From positions 1-49,916 of the forward strand of contig CAZNXK010000006.1 of NCBI GenBank assembly GCA_964576835.1: a stretch of DNA of 49,916 nt, in the 5' to 3' direction. Both the position numbers and the translations under genes were made by a program. Below, one piece after another: positions 7,174-17,689 of this stretch. Origin of the DNA: an uncultured Treponemataceae bacterium. Its GTDB lineage: Bacteria > Spirochaetota > Spirochaetia > Treponematales > UBA12059. Within the stretch, counting starts at the first letter, position 1, and the number at the start of each line of letters is the position of its first letter. The notes beneath the pieces were generated by a model. The model made no database searches. It saw only the letters and a program-made list of their open reading frames with translations, and was not told the origin of the DNA.

Positions 7174-10020
7174 TTACTCCGGAATCATCGTATAGACGAA
7201 AAGGCGCTCCTCAACCAGTAATTCGGCCGCCAGGGCTTTGAAGGCCTCCGCGTCGGCGAATGAAAGTGACGCCTTGGCCCGACCGAGTACCTCCAGGTCA
7301 AGCCCGTTCGACAAGGCGTTCCCCAGGTTCTTCACCCAGAAATCGTTGGTGCGGGTCCCGCCGTCATAGTCACGCTGGGCTGCCGTGCGGATCTGGCTGG
7401 CGTATACCGGGTCGAAGGTTCCCGCCGCCAGCGTCGCGACTTCGGAACGCACATGGGCGATCATCTCGTCCACCCTGTCAGGATCGGTATCGAACTGCAC
7501 TATCAGGGAATACTGCTCGATGGGGACCCCGCTGAACGATGCCTTGGTCGAAACGACGTAGGTACCCCCAAGGTCTTCGCGAAGCGCGTCGAGAAGCCTG
7601 TTGTTCAGTGCCGGAGCCATGAGGCCCAGAGTCGCTTCCCGCTGCCACGACCATGCCGCGGGAGCCGACCAGACCATGCGCACGCTGGCCCGTTTCTCCT
7701 TTGACAGGGGGAAGTCGACGCGACCGCCGCCCTCCCTGGGCGTCAGGGGCATAACCCAGCCTGGCTCGTCACTGGAGCCGGACGGGATCGCTCCCAGGTG
7801 GCGGGCGACGAGGGCCTTTGCCGATTCCAGGTCAAAATCGCCTACTATTACGTAGGTGAAATCGGACGCGTCCGCCATGGCGGCCAGGGTCATGTCGCGG
7901 GTTTCATCGAAATCCAAGGCCATGACCGCCGCCGCGTCGAGAGGGGCAGCCCGTGGATTGCCTCCGAAGAGATCAGAGCTCCATGCCACCTCGAAACGGT
8001 ACCCGGGGTCGCGGACATAGGGTCCGATCTGCTCGGCAAGTCGGTCTCGCGCGGCGTAGAACGCCCTGGAGTCACGGCCTGGTTCGGCGGATCTCAGGTA
8101 CACGAGCCGCAGGAAAGACTCGAGATCCCTGGTCGTCGTCGTTCCGACCAGGACCTCGCCGTTCTCGCCTATGGACCACTGGAGACCGGCGTTGAGCGAG
8201 GCGGTGAGCTCGTCGACGCGGGTGGCGCTCATCGTCCCGAGCCCTGCGGCAGCCATCAGTGCGGGCGCGAACGACGCCGTGGTCTGTCGCTCCACGGGCA
8301 AGGCCGAATAGCCGCCCGACGACCAGGCAATGAAGCCGATCGCGTCCTTGTCGTAGGATGTCGGCTTGAGAAGTACCGTAGCGCCGTTGGACAGGACCAG
8401 CCTGACTACATTGTTGGACAATTTTTCCTGGGAAGTGATTGTCCCCGGCTCGGGAAGCGAATCGAACAGGCCGCCCTCGTCTCCCGTGTCCGCGACCGGC
8501 GACAGCACGGCCGTGCGCGCGTCCCTCAGCACGGCTTCGAAAGCGGCCTCGGTCAGGCGGTCGCTGCCGTTGCCGGCCTTTGCGCGCAGAGCCAGGAAGC
8601 CCTCGTCGGCGGCGAGAATCGTCCGGCCCGATTCGTTCAACGCCTCGAGAGTCAGCGCATCGAGCGTATCCTTGATGTAGACACGCTCGTTGACGACGCC
8701 GGGCACCGGTTCGCCGTACATGAAGTTGCGCACGTATTCCTCGGCAAAGCTGAAACTCTTGAGGTCATCGTCCTCCACGTCGAGGGTGCCCAGCCAGCGG
8801 CGGTACAGGTCGACGGTCCTTCTAAACTCGCTGTCGGTGAAGCCGAATCTCCTCAGCCGCTCGACTTCGGACGCCAGGGCCCGGAATGCCTCGAGTTCCC
8901 CGCCGTCGCTCGCCGCAAGCGTGAACGAGTACAGCCGCGTGCGCCCGAAGAAGTAGTCGTCGTCGAAGTACGCGTCACGCCACGCCGCCTGTCCGGACCT
9001 CGACATGTCCGACAGCCTCAGGCGTATCGCCTCGGCGGCCAGCCGTACCCTGAGCAGCGTCGAGTAGTCGCCGATGGCCGTCTCCGGAGTGTACGGCACG
9101 ATCTTGCGGTAGGTAATGATGGCTCGCTCGAAATTCTTGTCGAAGGAAGCCACGAAACCGAGGTCGGTCGTCGGCTTGACCGGGAAGGTCGGCCGGGCCG
9201 CCACCGTACCATCGGCAGCCGGGAACGAGAATTCCCTCTCGATTTTTTCTGAAACAGAACGCACGTCGATATCGCCGACGACTATAACCGCCATGCGGTC
9301 AGGCCGGTAATGCTCGCGGTAGAACGCCTTGAGACCATCGGCTGTAGCACCCCTGATCGAGGCCTCGTTGCCAATCGGCTCGCGGTCGGCATGGCTCGTC
9401 CCCGCAAGAAGGCCATGGATCTCCTTGACGCGGGCCGTCTCGTCAGGGCCCAGACCGAGCCTCAGCTCCTCGATGATGACGCCCTTCTCCTTTTCAACCT
9501 CCACGGGATCGAAGCTAACCTCCGTGGCCCACTCCTTGAGCACCTTGAGTCCCGTATCGAAAAACGACGGGTCGCCCAGCGGCATCTGCAGCGTGTACAG
9601 CGTCTCCTCGCGCGTCGTGTGGGCGTTGATTTCCGCCCCGAAATCCATGCCGATGGATCGTAGATAATTGACGAGTCTGTTCTCCGGAAAGCTGGTCGTA
9701 CCGTTGAAGGCCATGTGCTCGACGAAGTGGGCGTAGCCGGCCTCGTCTCCGCGCTCGTTCGTCGAACCCGAGTTGACGATGAGGAACATGACGGCGCGCC
9801 CTCCCGGGTTGCCGTTCCGGCGCACGTAGTAGGTCAAGCCGTTGGGCAGCACCTTCTTTGTGAGCTCCGGCGCCAGGGGCAACGGATCCGACGGAGAATA
9901 GGCCGATCCTCCGGGGAGCGCGGTCGGCGTGACCCGTGGTTCCGGCGCGCCGACGCAGGACAGCGCCGAGAGGGAAAGTATCAATACTGAGGCAAGTACG
10001 CCTCGCAGGCTACGGTTCAT
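7174..10020 (-). CDS. M16 family zinc protease (PqqL-like), predicted lipoprotein
   Basis: Inverted zinc motif HFVEH, LPNGLTYYV, EKEKGVIIEE, second-half LSNGATV, LREDLGGTY. Lipobox LSALSC. Confidence 0.93.
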   Translation of the reverse strand: MNRSLRGVLASVLILSLSALSCVGAPEPRVTPTALPGGSAYSPSDPLPLAPELTKKVLPNGLTYYVRRNGNPGGRAVMFLIVNSGSTNERGDEAGYAHFVEHMAFNGTTSFPENRLVNYLRSIGMDFGAEINAHTTREETLYTLQMPLGDPSFFDTGLKVLKEWATEVSFDPVEVEKEKGVIIEELRLGLGPDETARVKEIHGLLAGTSHADREPIGNEASIRGATADGLKAFYREHYRPDRMAVIVVGDIDVRSVSEKIEREFSFPAADGTVAARPTFPVKPTTDLGFVASFDKNFERAIITYRKIVPYTPETAIGDYSTLLRVRLAAEAIRLRLSDMSRSGQAAWRDAYFDDDYFFGRTRLYSFTLAASDGGELEAFRALASEVERLRRFGFTDSEFRRTVDLYRRWLGTLDVEDDDLKSFSFAEEYVRNFMYGEPVPGVVNERVYIKDTLDALTLEALNESGRTILAADEGFLALRAKAGNGSDRLTEAAFEAVLRDARTAVLSPVADTGDEGGLFDSLPEPGTITSQEKLSNNVVRLVLSNGATVLLKPTSYDKDAIGFIAWSSGGYSALPVERQTTASFAPALMAAAGLGTMSATRVDELTASLNAGLQWSIGENGEVLVGTTTTRDLESFLRLVYLRSAEPGRDSRAFYAARDRLAEQIGPYVRDPGYRFEVAWSSDLFGGNPRAAPLDAAAVMALDFDETRDMTLAAMADASDFTYVIVGDFDLESAKALVARHLGAIPSGSSDEPGWVMPLTPREGGGRVDFPLSKEKRASVRMVWSAPAAWSWQREATLGLMAPALNNRLLDALREDLGGTYVVSTKASFSGVPIEQYSLIVQFDTDPDRVDEMIAHVRSEVATLAAGTFDPVYASQIRTAAQRDYDGGTRTNDFWVKNLGNALSNGLDLEVLGRAKASLSFADAEAFKALAAELLVEERLFVYTMIPE

Positions 10021-10137
10021 GGAAACTCCTTCTATTGAGGTACCGCACCATGGGTGACGCGGACTCCGCGTTCAATATAACGCAAAGGCGCTTGAGCGAC
10101 CAACGTTACAGCCGAGGTGGATGCGGCCGCGCCGACC

Positions 10138-11994
10138 TCATGATACCAGGCACTTCGGGCCGTGCCCTATCAGGTCAGTCCTGCCCGCGAGCCTGAGCGC
10201 CTCCAGCACGAGCGAGCGGTTCTCCGGCTTGTTGTACTGCAGCAGGGCGCGCTGGTAGGAGCGGTCCTTGGCTCCCCGGGCCACGTAGACGCTCTCCATC
10301 GTCAGCGGGTCGAGGCCGGAACGGTACATCGCGGTGGCCAGCGTTCCTGGCGTCGGATAGAAATCCTGCACCTGGTCCGGGACAAACCCGGAGTCCCGCA
10401 GGTACTCGGCAAGCTCGATAGCGTCGGACAGCTCTGACCCCGGATGCGAGGCGATGAAGTACGGCACGATGTACTGCTTGAGTTCAAGCTCGGCGTTGAC
10501 CTCGGCCCAACGCTTCGTGAAGGCGTCGTAGATCCCGTGCGGTGGCTTGCCCATCAGCGCCAGCACCCGTTCCGATACATGTTCCGGCGCCACCTTGAGC
10601 TGCCCGGAGACGTGATGCTCGGCCAGTTCCCGCAGAAAGGTTCCGTCCTTGTCTGCCATCACGTAGTCGAAACGCACGCCGGAGCGGACGAAGGCCTTCT
10701 TGACGCCTGGCACGGCGCGTACCGCCCGCAGGACCTCGATATAGTCGCTGTGGTCAACTTCAATGGACGGACAGGGCTCTGGCGCCAGGCAGCGCCTGTC
10801 GACGCAGGCAGAGCCGCCCGCCTGCTTCCTGCAGGCGGGGCCGCGGAAGTTGGCGGTGGGGCCGCCGACATCGTGTATGTAGCCCTTGAAATCGGACAGG
10901 CGCGTCAGTTCCCGCGCCTCGGCGACTATCGATGCCTTCGAGCGGCCCGAGACGATGCGACCCTGGTGGAATGCGAGGGCGCAGAACGCGCATGCGCCGT
11001 AGCAGCCGCGGCTGGAAGTTATGCTGAATTTGACCTCAGCCAGCGCCGGCACGCCCTTGTACCCGTCGTAGACAGGGTGCCACGAGCGTTCGAAATGCGG
11101 GTCGTAGACGGCGTCGAGTTCGGCGCGGGACAGGGGCGGCTGCGGCGGCTCCTGCACGGCAAACTGCCCCGCAGCCGCCTCGTACAACGGCCGCGCCGAA
11201 CCGGGGTCGGTATTCCGGTACTGCGCCGCGAACGATTCGGCGAAGGCCCGCTGGTCACCCGCGGCCTGCTCATGGTCCGGCAGCCGTACCGCGCCGGCGG
11301 GGACGTCGGCCTCCTTCGACGTGCGCCATACAGTTCCACGTATGCCGCGCAGCAAGGCGGGATCGAAGATCGCGTCTGACGCCCCGGCCAGCGCTGCTGC
11401 CACCTCGGCCATGGCGCGCTCGGCCATGCCGTAAATCACGAGGTCGGCCTTGGCGTCGATGATGATGGGCTTTCGTACGGTATCGGACAGATAGTCGTAA
11501 TGGGAGAGGCGACGCAACGACGCCTCGAGTCCTCCGGCTATCACCGGTACGCCCTTATACGCCTCGCGGCATTTCCCTGAGTACATGATGACTGCCTTGT
11601 CCGGGCGGGCGTTGGCGGACTTGCCGTTGACCGTGAAGGCGTGAAGCGAGCCGTCCGGTCCGCGGCACAGGCTCGGGTCGCCGCCTGGCGCGTACTCGTC
11701 CTCGGACCGCGGCTTACGGTTGGCGGTGTACTTGCAGACCATCGAGTCGATCGCGCCGCCAGCCACCAGGAACGCGAGATTGGGCCGCCCCAGAGCACGG
11801 AAGGCCTCCACGTCTGACGGGTCGGGCCTGGCTATCACGCCAACGGAGTAACCAAGACCCTCGAGAGCGCGGCCGATGAGGGCGGAGCCGAAGGACGGAT
11901 GATCGACGTACGAGTCGCCCGAGACGATGACGAAATCGACGCTGTCAAGAAAGAGAGATCCGAGCTCGGCGCGGGTTGTTGGTAGGAATGCCAT
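10138..11994 (-). CDS. ygiQ: YgiQ/UPF0313 family radical SAM protein
   Basis: MAFLPTT, VSGDSYVDHPSFG, RGCYGACAFC, DVGGPTAN, SGQLKVAPEH, QVQDFYPTP. Confidence 0.92.
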   Translation of the reverse strand: MAFLPTTRAELGSLFLDSVDFVIVSGDSYVDHPSFGSALIGRALEGLGYSVGVIARPDPSDVEAFRALGRPNLAFLVAGGAIDSMVCKYTANRKPRSEDEYAPGGDPSLCRGPDGSLHAFTVNGKSANARPDKAVIMYSGKCREAYKGVPVIAGGLEASLRRLSHYDYLSDTVRKPIIIDAKADLVIYGMAERAMAEVAAALAGASDAIFDPALLRGIRGTVWRTSKEADVPAGAVRLPDHEQAAGDQRAFAESFAAQYRNTDPGSARPLYEAAAGQFAVQEPPQPPLSRAELDAVYDPHFERSWHPVYDGYKGVPALAEVKFSITSSRGCYGACAFCALAFHQGRIVSGRSKASIVAEARELTRLSDFKGYIHDVGGPTANFRGPACRKQAGGSACVDRRCLAPEPCPSIEVDHSDYIEVLRAVRAVPGVKKAFVRSGVRFDYVMADKDGTFLRELAEHHVSGQLKVAPEHVSERVLALMGKPPHGIYDAFTKRWAEVNAELELKQYIVPYFIASHPGSELSDAIELAEYLRDSGFVPDQVQDFYPTPGTLATAMYRSGLDPLTMESVYVARGAKDRSYQRALLQYNKPENRSLVLEALRLAGRTDLIGHGPKCLVS

Positions 11995-12061
11995 GATACC
12001 AGTATACCCTCCACAGCCATCCGTGACAGCGCCCCCCGCACGCTTGACTCGTCGCCGGTCC

Positions 12062-12100
12062 TTGCATATATTTAGTCAACCTAACTATTAGACAACCTAA
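12062..12100 (+). promoter_or_regulatory. Promoter region with two tandem TTAG-N5-CTAA palindromes (likely MarR operators)
   Basis: TTGCAT at 12062-12067; TTAGTCAACCTAA at 12072-12084; TTAGACAACCTAA at 12088-12100, directly upstream of marR. Confidence 0.7.
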
Positions 12101-12112
12101 CAAGGGAGAGCA

Positions 12113-12613
12113 ATGAGCATCGACGATGAACGGGAAACGACAAGAGGGATTGCCGAGCGGCTCTTCGAAGCCTTCCGGGCCGTGAGGCCGTTCAAGCGGC
12201 GCCCAGGCTTTGACCATACGGCGCGCCCCGGAGAATTCCAGCTGATACACCGGCTAGCGCACGAAGCGCAGGATGAGGGGCTCCGCGTGGGGGACCTCGC
12301 CGCGTGGCTCGGCGTGAAGCCGCCAACCGTCACCCAGCTCGTCGACGCGCTTGCGGCCCGCGGCCTCGTGGAGCGCTTCGCGGACGCGGTCGACAGGCGC
12401 GCCATACGCGTGCGGCTCTCGCCGGCCGGCCGCGCCATGGCTGACTCGTTCCACGCGCACGCAATGGAGGAAACCGAAGCGATCGTCGCGCACCTCGGTA
12501 TCGAGGACGGCGAAAAGCTCGCCGAGTTGCTCTCAAGGACGGCGGAATTCCTGTCATCACGGCATGGCGCCGGATATCGCTGCCCTCACCACAACGATAA
12601 AGGAGAAAACTAG
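12113..12613 (+). CDS. MarR family transcriptional regulator
   Basis: wHTH VGDLAAWLGVKPPTVTQLVDALAARGLVER and DRRAIRVRLSPAG. Confidence 0.93.
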   Translation: MSIDDERETTRGIAERLFEAFRAVRPFKRRPGFDHTARPGEFQLIHRLAHEAQDEGLRVGDLAAWLGVKPPTVTQLVDALAARGLVERFADAVDRRAIRVRLSPAGRAMADSFHAHAMEETEAIVAHLGIEDGEKLAELLSRTAEFLSSRHGAGYRCPHHNDKGEN

Positions 12614-12616
12614 ACA

Positions 12617-14344
12617 ATGCTGAAACTGTTCAGGTATCTGCGCCCCTACGCGCTCCCGGTAGCCCTGACCCTCGTCCTCGTGTTCGCGAGCTCGATCGCG
12701 GAGCTGAGTCTGCCTGCGATGATGTCGACGATAGTCGACGAAGGCGTCGCCAAGGGAGACACGGCGACCATCTGGAGAATCGGCGGCACTATGCTCGTCG
12801 TCGCCTTGGCGGGAATCGTTGCCAGCCTCACCGGCGGTTTCCTGGCGTCGCGCTCCGCCATGGGCTTTGGCCGCGATCTGCGGTCCAGGGTCTTCGCCCG
12901 CGTGTCGTCGTTCTCGCTCCGCGAGCTCGACCGCTTCGGCGCTTCCTCGCTCATCACGCGCACCACGAACGACATCACCCAGATCCAGCAACTGGTCTTC
13001 ATGATACAGCGCATGATGGCGCACGCGCCCATGATGGCGATAGGCGGCATAGTGATGGCGCTGTCCACCGAACCAAGGCTGTCATGGATATTGCTCGTCG
13101 TACTTCCGTTGCTGGCCCTGACCATAGTGCTGCTCGCCTCCAAGGGCATGCCGCTGTTCAAGGCGATCCAGACAAAGCTGGACGCGCTCAACCGGGTCAT
13201 GCGCGAAAACCTCACGGGTATCCGGGTCGTCCGGGCCTTCGACCGGGTCGAGCACGAACACGGGCGCTTCGACGGCGTCAATGCCGACCTGACCTCCACG
13301 ACGCTCAAGGTGAACTACCTGATGGCCTTCCTCTTCCCCTTCATCATGCTGATGATGAACGTGACGACCATCATGATAGTCTGGTTCGGCGGCCTGGCCA
13401 TAGGCTCGGGCGATATCAAGATAGGTTCGCTGATGGCGTTCATCCAGTACGCCTCGCAGATCATGTTCTCAGTGATCATGGTGTCGGTGATATTCATAAT
13501 GGTGCCACGGGCCCAGGCCTCCGCTGTCCGCATCAACGAAGTCCTCGACGTCGACCCGGAGATACGGGATCCCGCGTCTCCGAAGCGCGCTGACCGGCCG
13601 GCCGGCCAGGTGGAGTTCCGCAACGTGAGTTTCGGCTACAGCGGCGCCGTCGAGCCCGCCATCCGCGACATTTCCTTCACGGCCCAGCCAGGCTCGACGA
13701 CGGCGATAATCGGCGGCACCGGCTCGGGCAAGAGCACCATCGTCAACCTTATAGCGCGTTTCTACGACGTCGACTCCGGCGCAGTACTCGTCGACGGGAT
13801 AGACGTGCGGGAGATGACCCAGGACGAGCTTCGCGCAGGACTCGGGCTGGCCACACAGCGGGCGATCCTGTTCTCCGGGACGGTGGCCGACAACCTGCGC
13901 TTTGGCCGCTCCGGTGCCACGGACGGCGACCTGGCCTGGGCCGCCGAGACCGCGCAGGCGGCCGCGTTCATAGCGGAAAAGGATGGCGGCATGGAAACGG
14001 CGATATCGCAGGGCGGCACCAACATCTCCGGCGGCCAGAAACAGCGGCTGGCCATAGCCCGGGCTCTTGCCAAACGGCCGCGAATCTACCTCTTCGACGA
14101 CACTTTTTCAGCGCTCGACTTCAAGACCGACTCGAGGCTCCGCGCGGCCCTCCGCAGGGAGACCGCCGGCGCAACGGTAATAATCATCGCCCAGCGCGTG
14201 GGCACCATCCGCGACGCCGACCAGATAATCGTCCTCGACGAAGGCCGCGTCGTCGGCAAGGGAACGCACGCCGGGCTCCTGGGCTCGTGCCCGGTGTACC
14301 GGGAAATCGTGGCGTCGCAGATGTCTGCGGAGGAAGCGGTATGA
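12617..14344 (+). CDS. ABC exporter permease/ATPase, degenerate-site subunit of a heterodimeric multidrug-type exporter
   Basis: TM domain plus GGTGSGKS and ISGGQKQR. Walker B DDTFSALD (E->D) and AQR in place of AHR. Confidence 0.93.
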   Translation: MLKLFRYLRPYALPVALTLVLVFASSIAELSLPAMMSTIVDEGVAKGDTATIWRIGGTMLVVALAGIVASLTGGFLASRSAMGFGRDLRSRVFARVSSFSLRELDRFGASSLITRTTNDITQIQQLVFMIQRMMAHAPMMAIGGIVMALSTEPRLSWILLVVLPLLALTIVLLASKGMPLFKAIQTKLDALNRVMRENLTGIRVVRAFDRVEHEHGRFDGVNADLTSTTLKVNYLMAFLFPFIMLMMNVTTIMIVWFGGLAIGSGDIKIGSLMAFIQYASQIMFSVIMVSVIFIMVPRAQASAVRINEVLDVDPEIRDPASPKRADRPAGQVEFRNVSFGYSGAVEPAIRDISFTAQPGSTTAIIGGTGSGKSTIVNLIARFYDVDSGAVLVDGIDVREMTQDELRAGLGLATQRAILFSGTVADNLRFGRSGATDGDLAWAAETAQAAAFIAEKDGGMETAISQGGTNISGGQKQRLAIARALAKRPRIYLFDDTFSALDFKTDSRLRAALRRETAGATVIIIAQRVGTIRDADQIIVLDEGRVVGKGTHAGLLGSCPVYREIVASQMSAEEAV

Positions 14345-16266
14345 GCGACAGGGAAAACAACCCGATGGCCAAACCAGGCGCGATCATGGGACGGGGCACC
14401 GGCTTCGGCCGGGGACCCGGCTCCGGTCACGGTCCAGGAGGCTTCGCGATGCCCGTGGAAAAAGCCAGGGACTTCAAGGGCACGATGCGCCGCCTCGTCG
14501 GCTACCTCAAGCCTCACCGAAGCGCCATCCTGTCGGTCTTCGGCATGGCCATCCTGAGCACGGGCTTCTCGGTAGCCGGCCCCAAGATACTCGGCACATC
14601 GATAACAATCCTTTTCGAGGGTATCGTCGCCAAGGCGCGCGGCGTACCGGGGGCCGGCATCGACTACGGCCGCGTCGGCACCATACTGCTCGCGCTCCTC
14701 GGCCTGTACCTTTTGTCGGCCGCCTTCAGCTACGCAACCGGTCTCGTCATGGCCAGGGTCTCGCAGAAGACCGTCTACTCGTTCCGCAAGGCGATAGACG
14801 GAAAACTGGCCCGCCTGCCGCTGACGTACTTCGACGGCCGCACCCACGGCGAGATCCTGTCCCGCGTCACCAACGACGTCGACACGATAGCCAACACCCT
14901 GCAGCAGAGCCTCGTGCAGATGATCACCTCGGTGGTGACGCTTGCAGGAAGCGTAGCGATGATGCTGACGATAAGCTGGCAGCTGTCTCTCGTCGCCGTA
15001 GCCACCCTGCCGTTCTACGTTCTGGCGACGACGGTCATCGCCAAGCGATCCCAGAGCTACTACAAGGCCCAGCAGAAATTCTTAGGCGAGCTCAACGGCC
15101 ACGTCGAGGAGATGTACTCGGGACACCCGGTGGTCAAGGCTTTCGGTTACGAGAAAAAATCAGTCGAACGCTTCGACGAGGTCAACGGCAGGCTCTACGG
15201 CGTCGCGTGGAAGGCCCAGTTCGTTTCCGGCATCATCATGCCGGTGATGAACTTCATCAACAACATCGGATACGTCTTCATAGCGGCGATAGGCGGGGTT
15301 ATGGCGGCCAGGCGCTTGCTTACCCTCGGCGACATCCAGGCCTTCATCCAGTACGCCAGGCAGTTCACCCAGCCCATCATACAGACCGCCAACATCGCCA
15401 ACATCCTGCAGTCGACGATGGCCGCCTCAGAGCGCGTCTTCGAGGTGCTCGACGAGCCAGAGGAAAGCGCCGACGCGCCATCGGAATCGCAGGCCGCGGA
15501 AACGTTCGCCGCGGCCTGCGGCGATGTCGCCTTCGAAGGCATCTCGTTCGGCTACACTGACGGAAAGCTCCTCATGGACGACCTGTCGCTGGTCGCGCCC
15601 TGCGGCGAAACCGTAGCAATCGTCGGACCCACCGGCGCCGGCAAGACGACGCTCGTCAACCTGCTCATGCGCTTCTACGAACTGCGGGGCGGACGCATCA
15701 CCGTCGGAGGCATCGACATACGCGACGTGCCGCGCGGAACGCTCAGGCGCTCCTTCGGAATGGTGCTGCAGGACGCATGGCTGTTCGGCGGCACCCTGCG
15801 CGAGAACATAGCCTACGGCCGCGAAGGCGCGACCGAGGACGAGATTGTCGCGGCGGCGACCGCAGCCCACGCGGACCACTTCATCCGCGTGCTGCCCGAC
15901 GGCTACGACACCGCCCTCAACGAGGACGCGACCAACCTGTCGCAGGGCCAGCGCCAGCTCCTGACGATTGCGCGTGCCTTCCTGGCCGACCCCCGTATCC
16001 TCATCCTCGACGAGGCGACCAGCTCGGTGGACACCAGGACGGAACTCGTCGTCCGCAAGGCGATGGAACGCCTGATGGCAGGCCGCACGAGCTTCGTCAT
16101 AGCCCACCGCCTGTCGACCATCCGCGACGCGCACAGCATCCTCGTGATGAACGAAGGCCGCATCGTCGAAAAAGGCTCGCACGACAGGCTACTTGCCGCC
16201 AACGGCTTCTACGCCGACCTGTACAGGAGCCAGTTCCTGGGAATAGAGGAGGCACAGACGGCATGA
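14341..16266 (+). CDS. ABC exporter permease/ATPase, consensus-site subunit
   Basis: GPTGAGKT, LSQGQRQ, LDEATSSVD, AHRLST. ATGA overlap with the preceding stop. Confidence 0.93.
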   Translation: MSDRENNPMAKPGAIMGRGTGFGRGPGSGHGPGGFAMPVEKARDFKGTMRRLVGYLKPHRSAILSVFGMAILSTGFSVAGPKILGTSITILFEGIVAKARGVPGAGIDYGRVGTILLALLGLYLLSAAFSYATGLVMARVSQKTVYSFRKAIDGKLARLPLTYFDGRTHGEILSRVTNDVDTIANTLQQSLVQMITSVVTLAGSVAMMLTISWQLSLVAVATLPFYVLATTVIAKRSQSYYKAQQKFLGELNGHVEEMYSGHPVVKAFGYEKKSVERFDEVNGRLYGVAWKAQFVSGIIMPVMNFINNIGYVFIAAIGGVMAARRLLTLGDIQAFIQYARQFTQPIIQTANIANILQSTMAASERVFEVLDEPEESADAPSESQAAETFAAACGDVAFEGISFGYTDGKLLMDDLSLVAPCGETVAIVGPTGAGKTTLVNLLMRFYELRGGRITVGGIDIRDVPRGTLRRSFGMVLQDAWLFGGTLRENIAYGREGATEDEIVAAATAAHADHFIRVLPDGYDTALNEDATNLSQGQRQLLTIARAFLADPRILILDEATSSVDTRTELVVRKAMERLMAGRTSFVIAHRLSTIRDAHSILVMNEGRIVEKGSHDRLLAANGFYADLYRSQFLGIEEAQTA

Positions 16267-16379
16267 GGACGAGCGCCGTTTGGCTATAATAATTGACAAT
16301 GAACAGGACTGGCGCATACTTGGACCATCCAGTGAATCTGGATACATCACAAGTTCCGGGATGATTCGAGGAGACAGCG

Positions 16380-17657
16380 ATGAAGAAGAAATGTGCAGTC
16401 CTGTTCGTTGCCGCACTGATCACAACGCTCGTCATCGGATGCGTCACTTCGCCGCAATCGGCCAAGGCGGTACAACCGGTCAGGTTGTCCGTTCTCAACT
16501 GGGACCCGTACAACCGGGTCTCAATCGAGAAGCTCCTGGAGTCCTACGGCAAGGACAGTCAGGGATACAATCCCGACAAACGGCCCTATGCCGTCTTCGA
16601 CTGGGACAACACCATGGTCTTCCTCGACATCGAGGAAGCGACCTTCATTTATCAACTCGAAAACCTCCGCTACGGCGCCACGCCGGAACAGATGAACGCG
16701 GCCCTGCGGATGCAGGTTCCGCTCACCGACTTCTCGAAGGCCTACAACAACGCCGCGGGCCAGAGCCTCAACATCGACCTCGTGGCAGGGGACGCGGCTG
16801 ACAGCTACGCGTGGCTCTACGCCAACTACAAGGGACTCAAGGGCTCGATGCCCATCGAGGAGATCAAGAAGGATCCCCATTACATGAATTTCATCGCCAA
16901 GACCAGGTACCTATACGACGCGATAGGCGACACCTTCGACGTCTCGGTCTCGTATCCCTGGGTGCTGTACCAGTTCGCCGGCATGAACGAGAAACAGGTC
17001 CGGCAGCTGGTCAACGAGACCATCGAGTGGCAGCTGAAGCAGCCGGTCGAGAAGGTGAAGTGGACCAGCCCGGCATCGCTCCCCGGCGCGGCCGGAGTCG
17101 TGTCGGTCAGCTGGAAGAACGGACTCAGGCTGGTGCCCGAGATGCAGGACCTGTTCAGGGCATTCAGGGAGGCCGGGATAGACATCTGGATATGCACCGC
17201 GTCCTTCGTCGACGTGGTCAAGGAGATCTCGTCGAACCCGAAGTATGGCTACTTCGGACTCGAGGACCGTGTCGTCGGCATGGAGCTGGAACGCGACGCC
17301 GCAGGCATGATACAGGTCGAGTTCAGGCAGGGCTACGACCAGACCCAGGGCAAGGGCAAGACGAAGGCGATCGAGCGCTTCATCGTCTCGAAGTACGGCT
17401 ACGGCCCGATCTTCGTAGCCGGGGACAGCGAAGGCGACATGAACATGATGCAAGACTTCCCCGACACCAAGCTTGTCCTGATCATCAACAGGCTCAAGGG
17501 CAAGGACATCGCGACGCTCTCGAAGCAGGCCTTCGAGTCGTACGGCAAGCCTGACCCGAGGGTGCTGCTCCAGGGCCGCAACGACAACACCGGCCTGTTC
17601 GTGCAGTCACAGGCCCACTTCAAGTTCGGCGCCACGGAAGGAAAGATACTGAACTGA
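16380..17657 (+). CDS. HAD-superfamily phosphatase, predicted lipoprotein
   Basis: Motif I VFDWDNT, motif II CTAS, motif III GKTK, motif IV AGDSEGD. Lipobox LVIGC; GAGGAG RBS. Confidence 0.88.
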   Translation: MKKKCAVLFVAALITTLVIGCVTSPQSAKAVQPVRLSVLNWDPYNRVSIEKLLESYGKDSQGYNPDKRPYAVFDWDNTMVFLDIEEATFIYQLENLRYGATPEQMNAALRMQVPLTDFSKAYNNAAGQSLNIDLVAGDAADSYAWLYANYKGLKGSMPIEEIKKDPHYMNFIAKTRYLYDAIGDTFDVSVSYPWVLYQFAGMNEKQVRQLVNETIEWQLKQPVEKVKWTSPASLPGAAGVVSVSWKNGLRLVPEMQDLFRAFREAGIDIWICTASFVDVVKEISSNPKYGYFGLEDRVVGMELERDAAGMIQVEFRQGYDQTQGKGKTKAIERFIVSKYGYGPIFVAGDSEGDMNMMQDFPDTKLVLIINRLKGKDIATLSKQAFESYGKPDPRVLLQGRNDNTGLFVQSQAHFKFGATEGKILN

Positions 17658-17689
17658 ATCCGTGGCCGGCCGTCGCCTGACCGCGCCTG

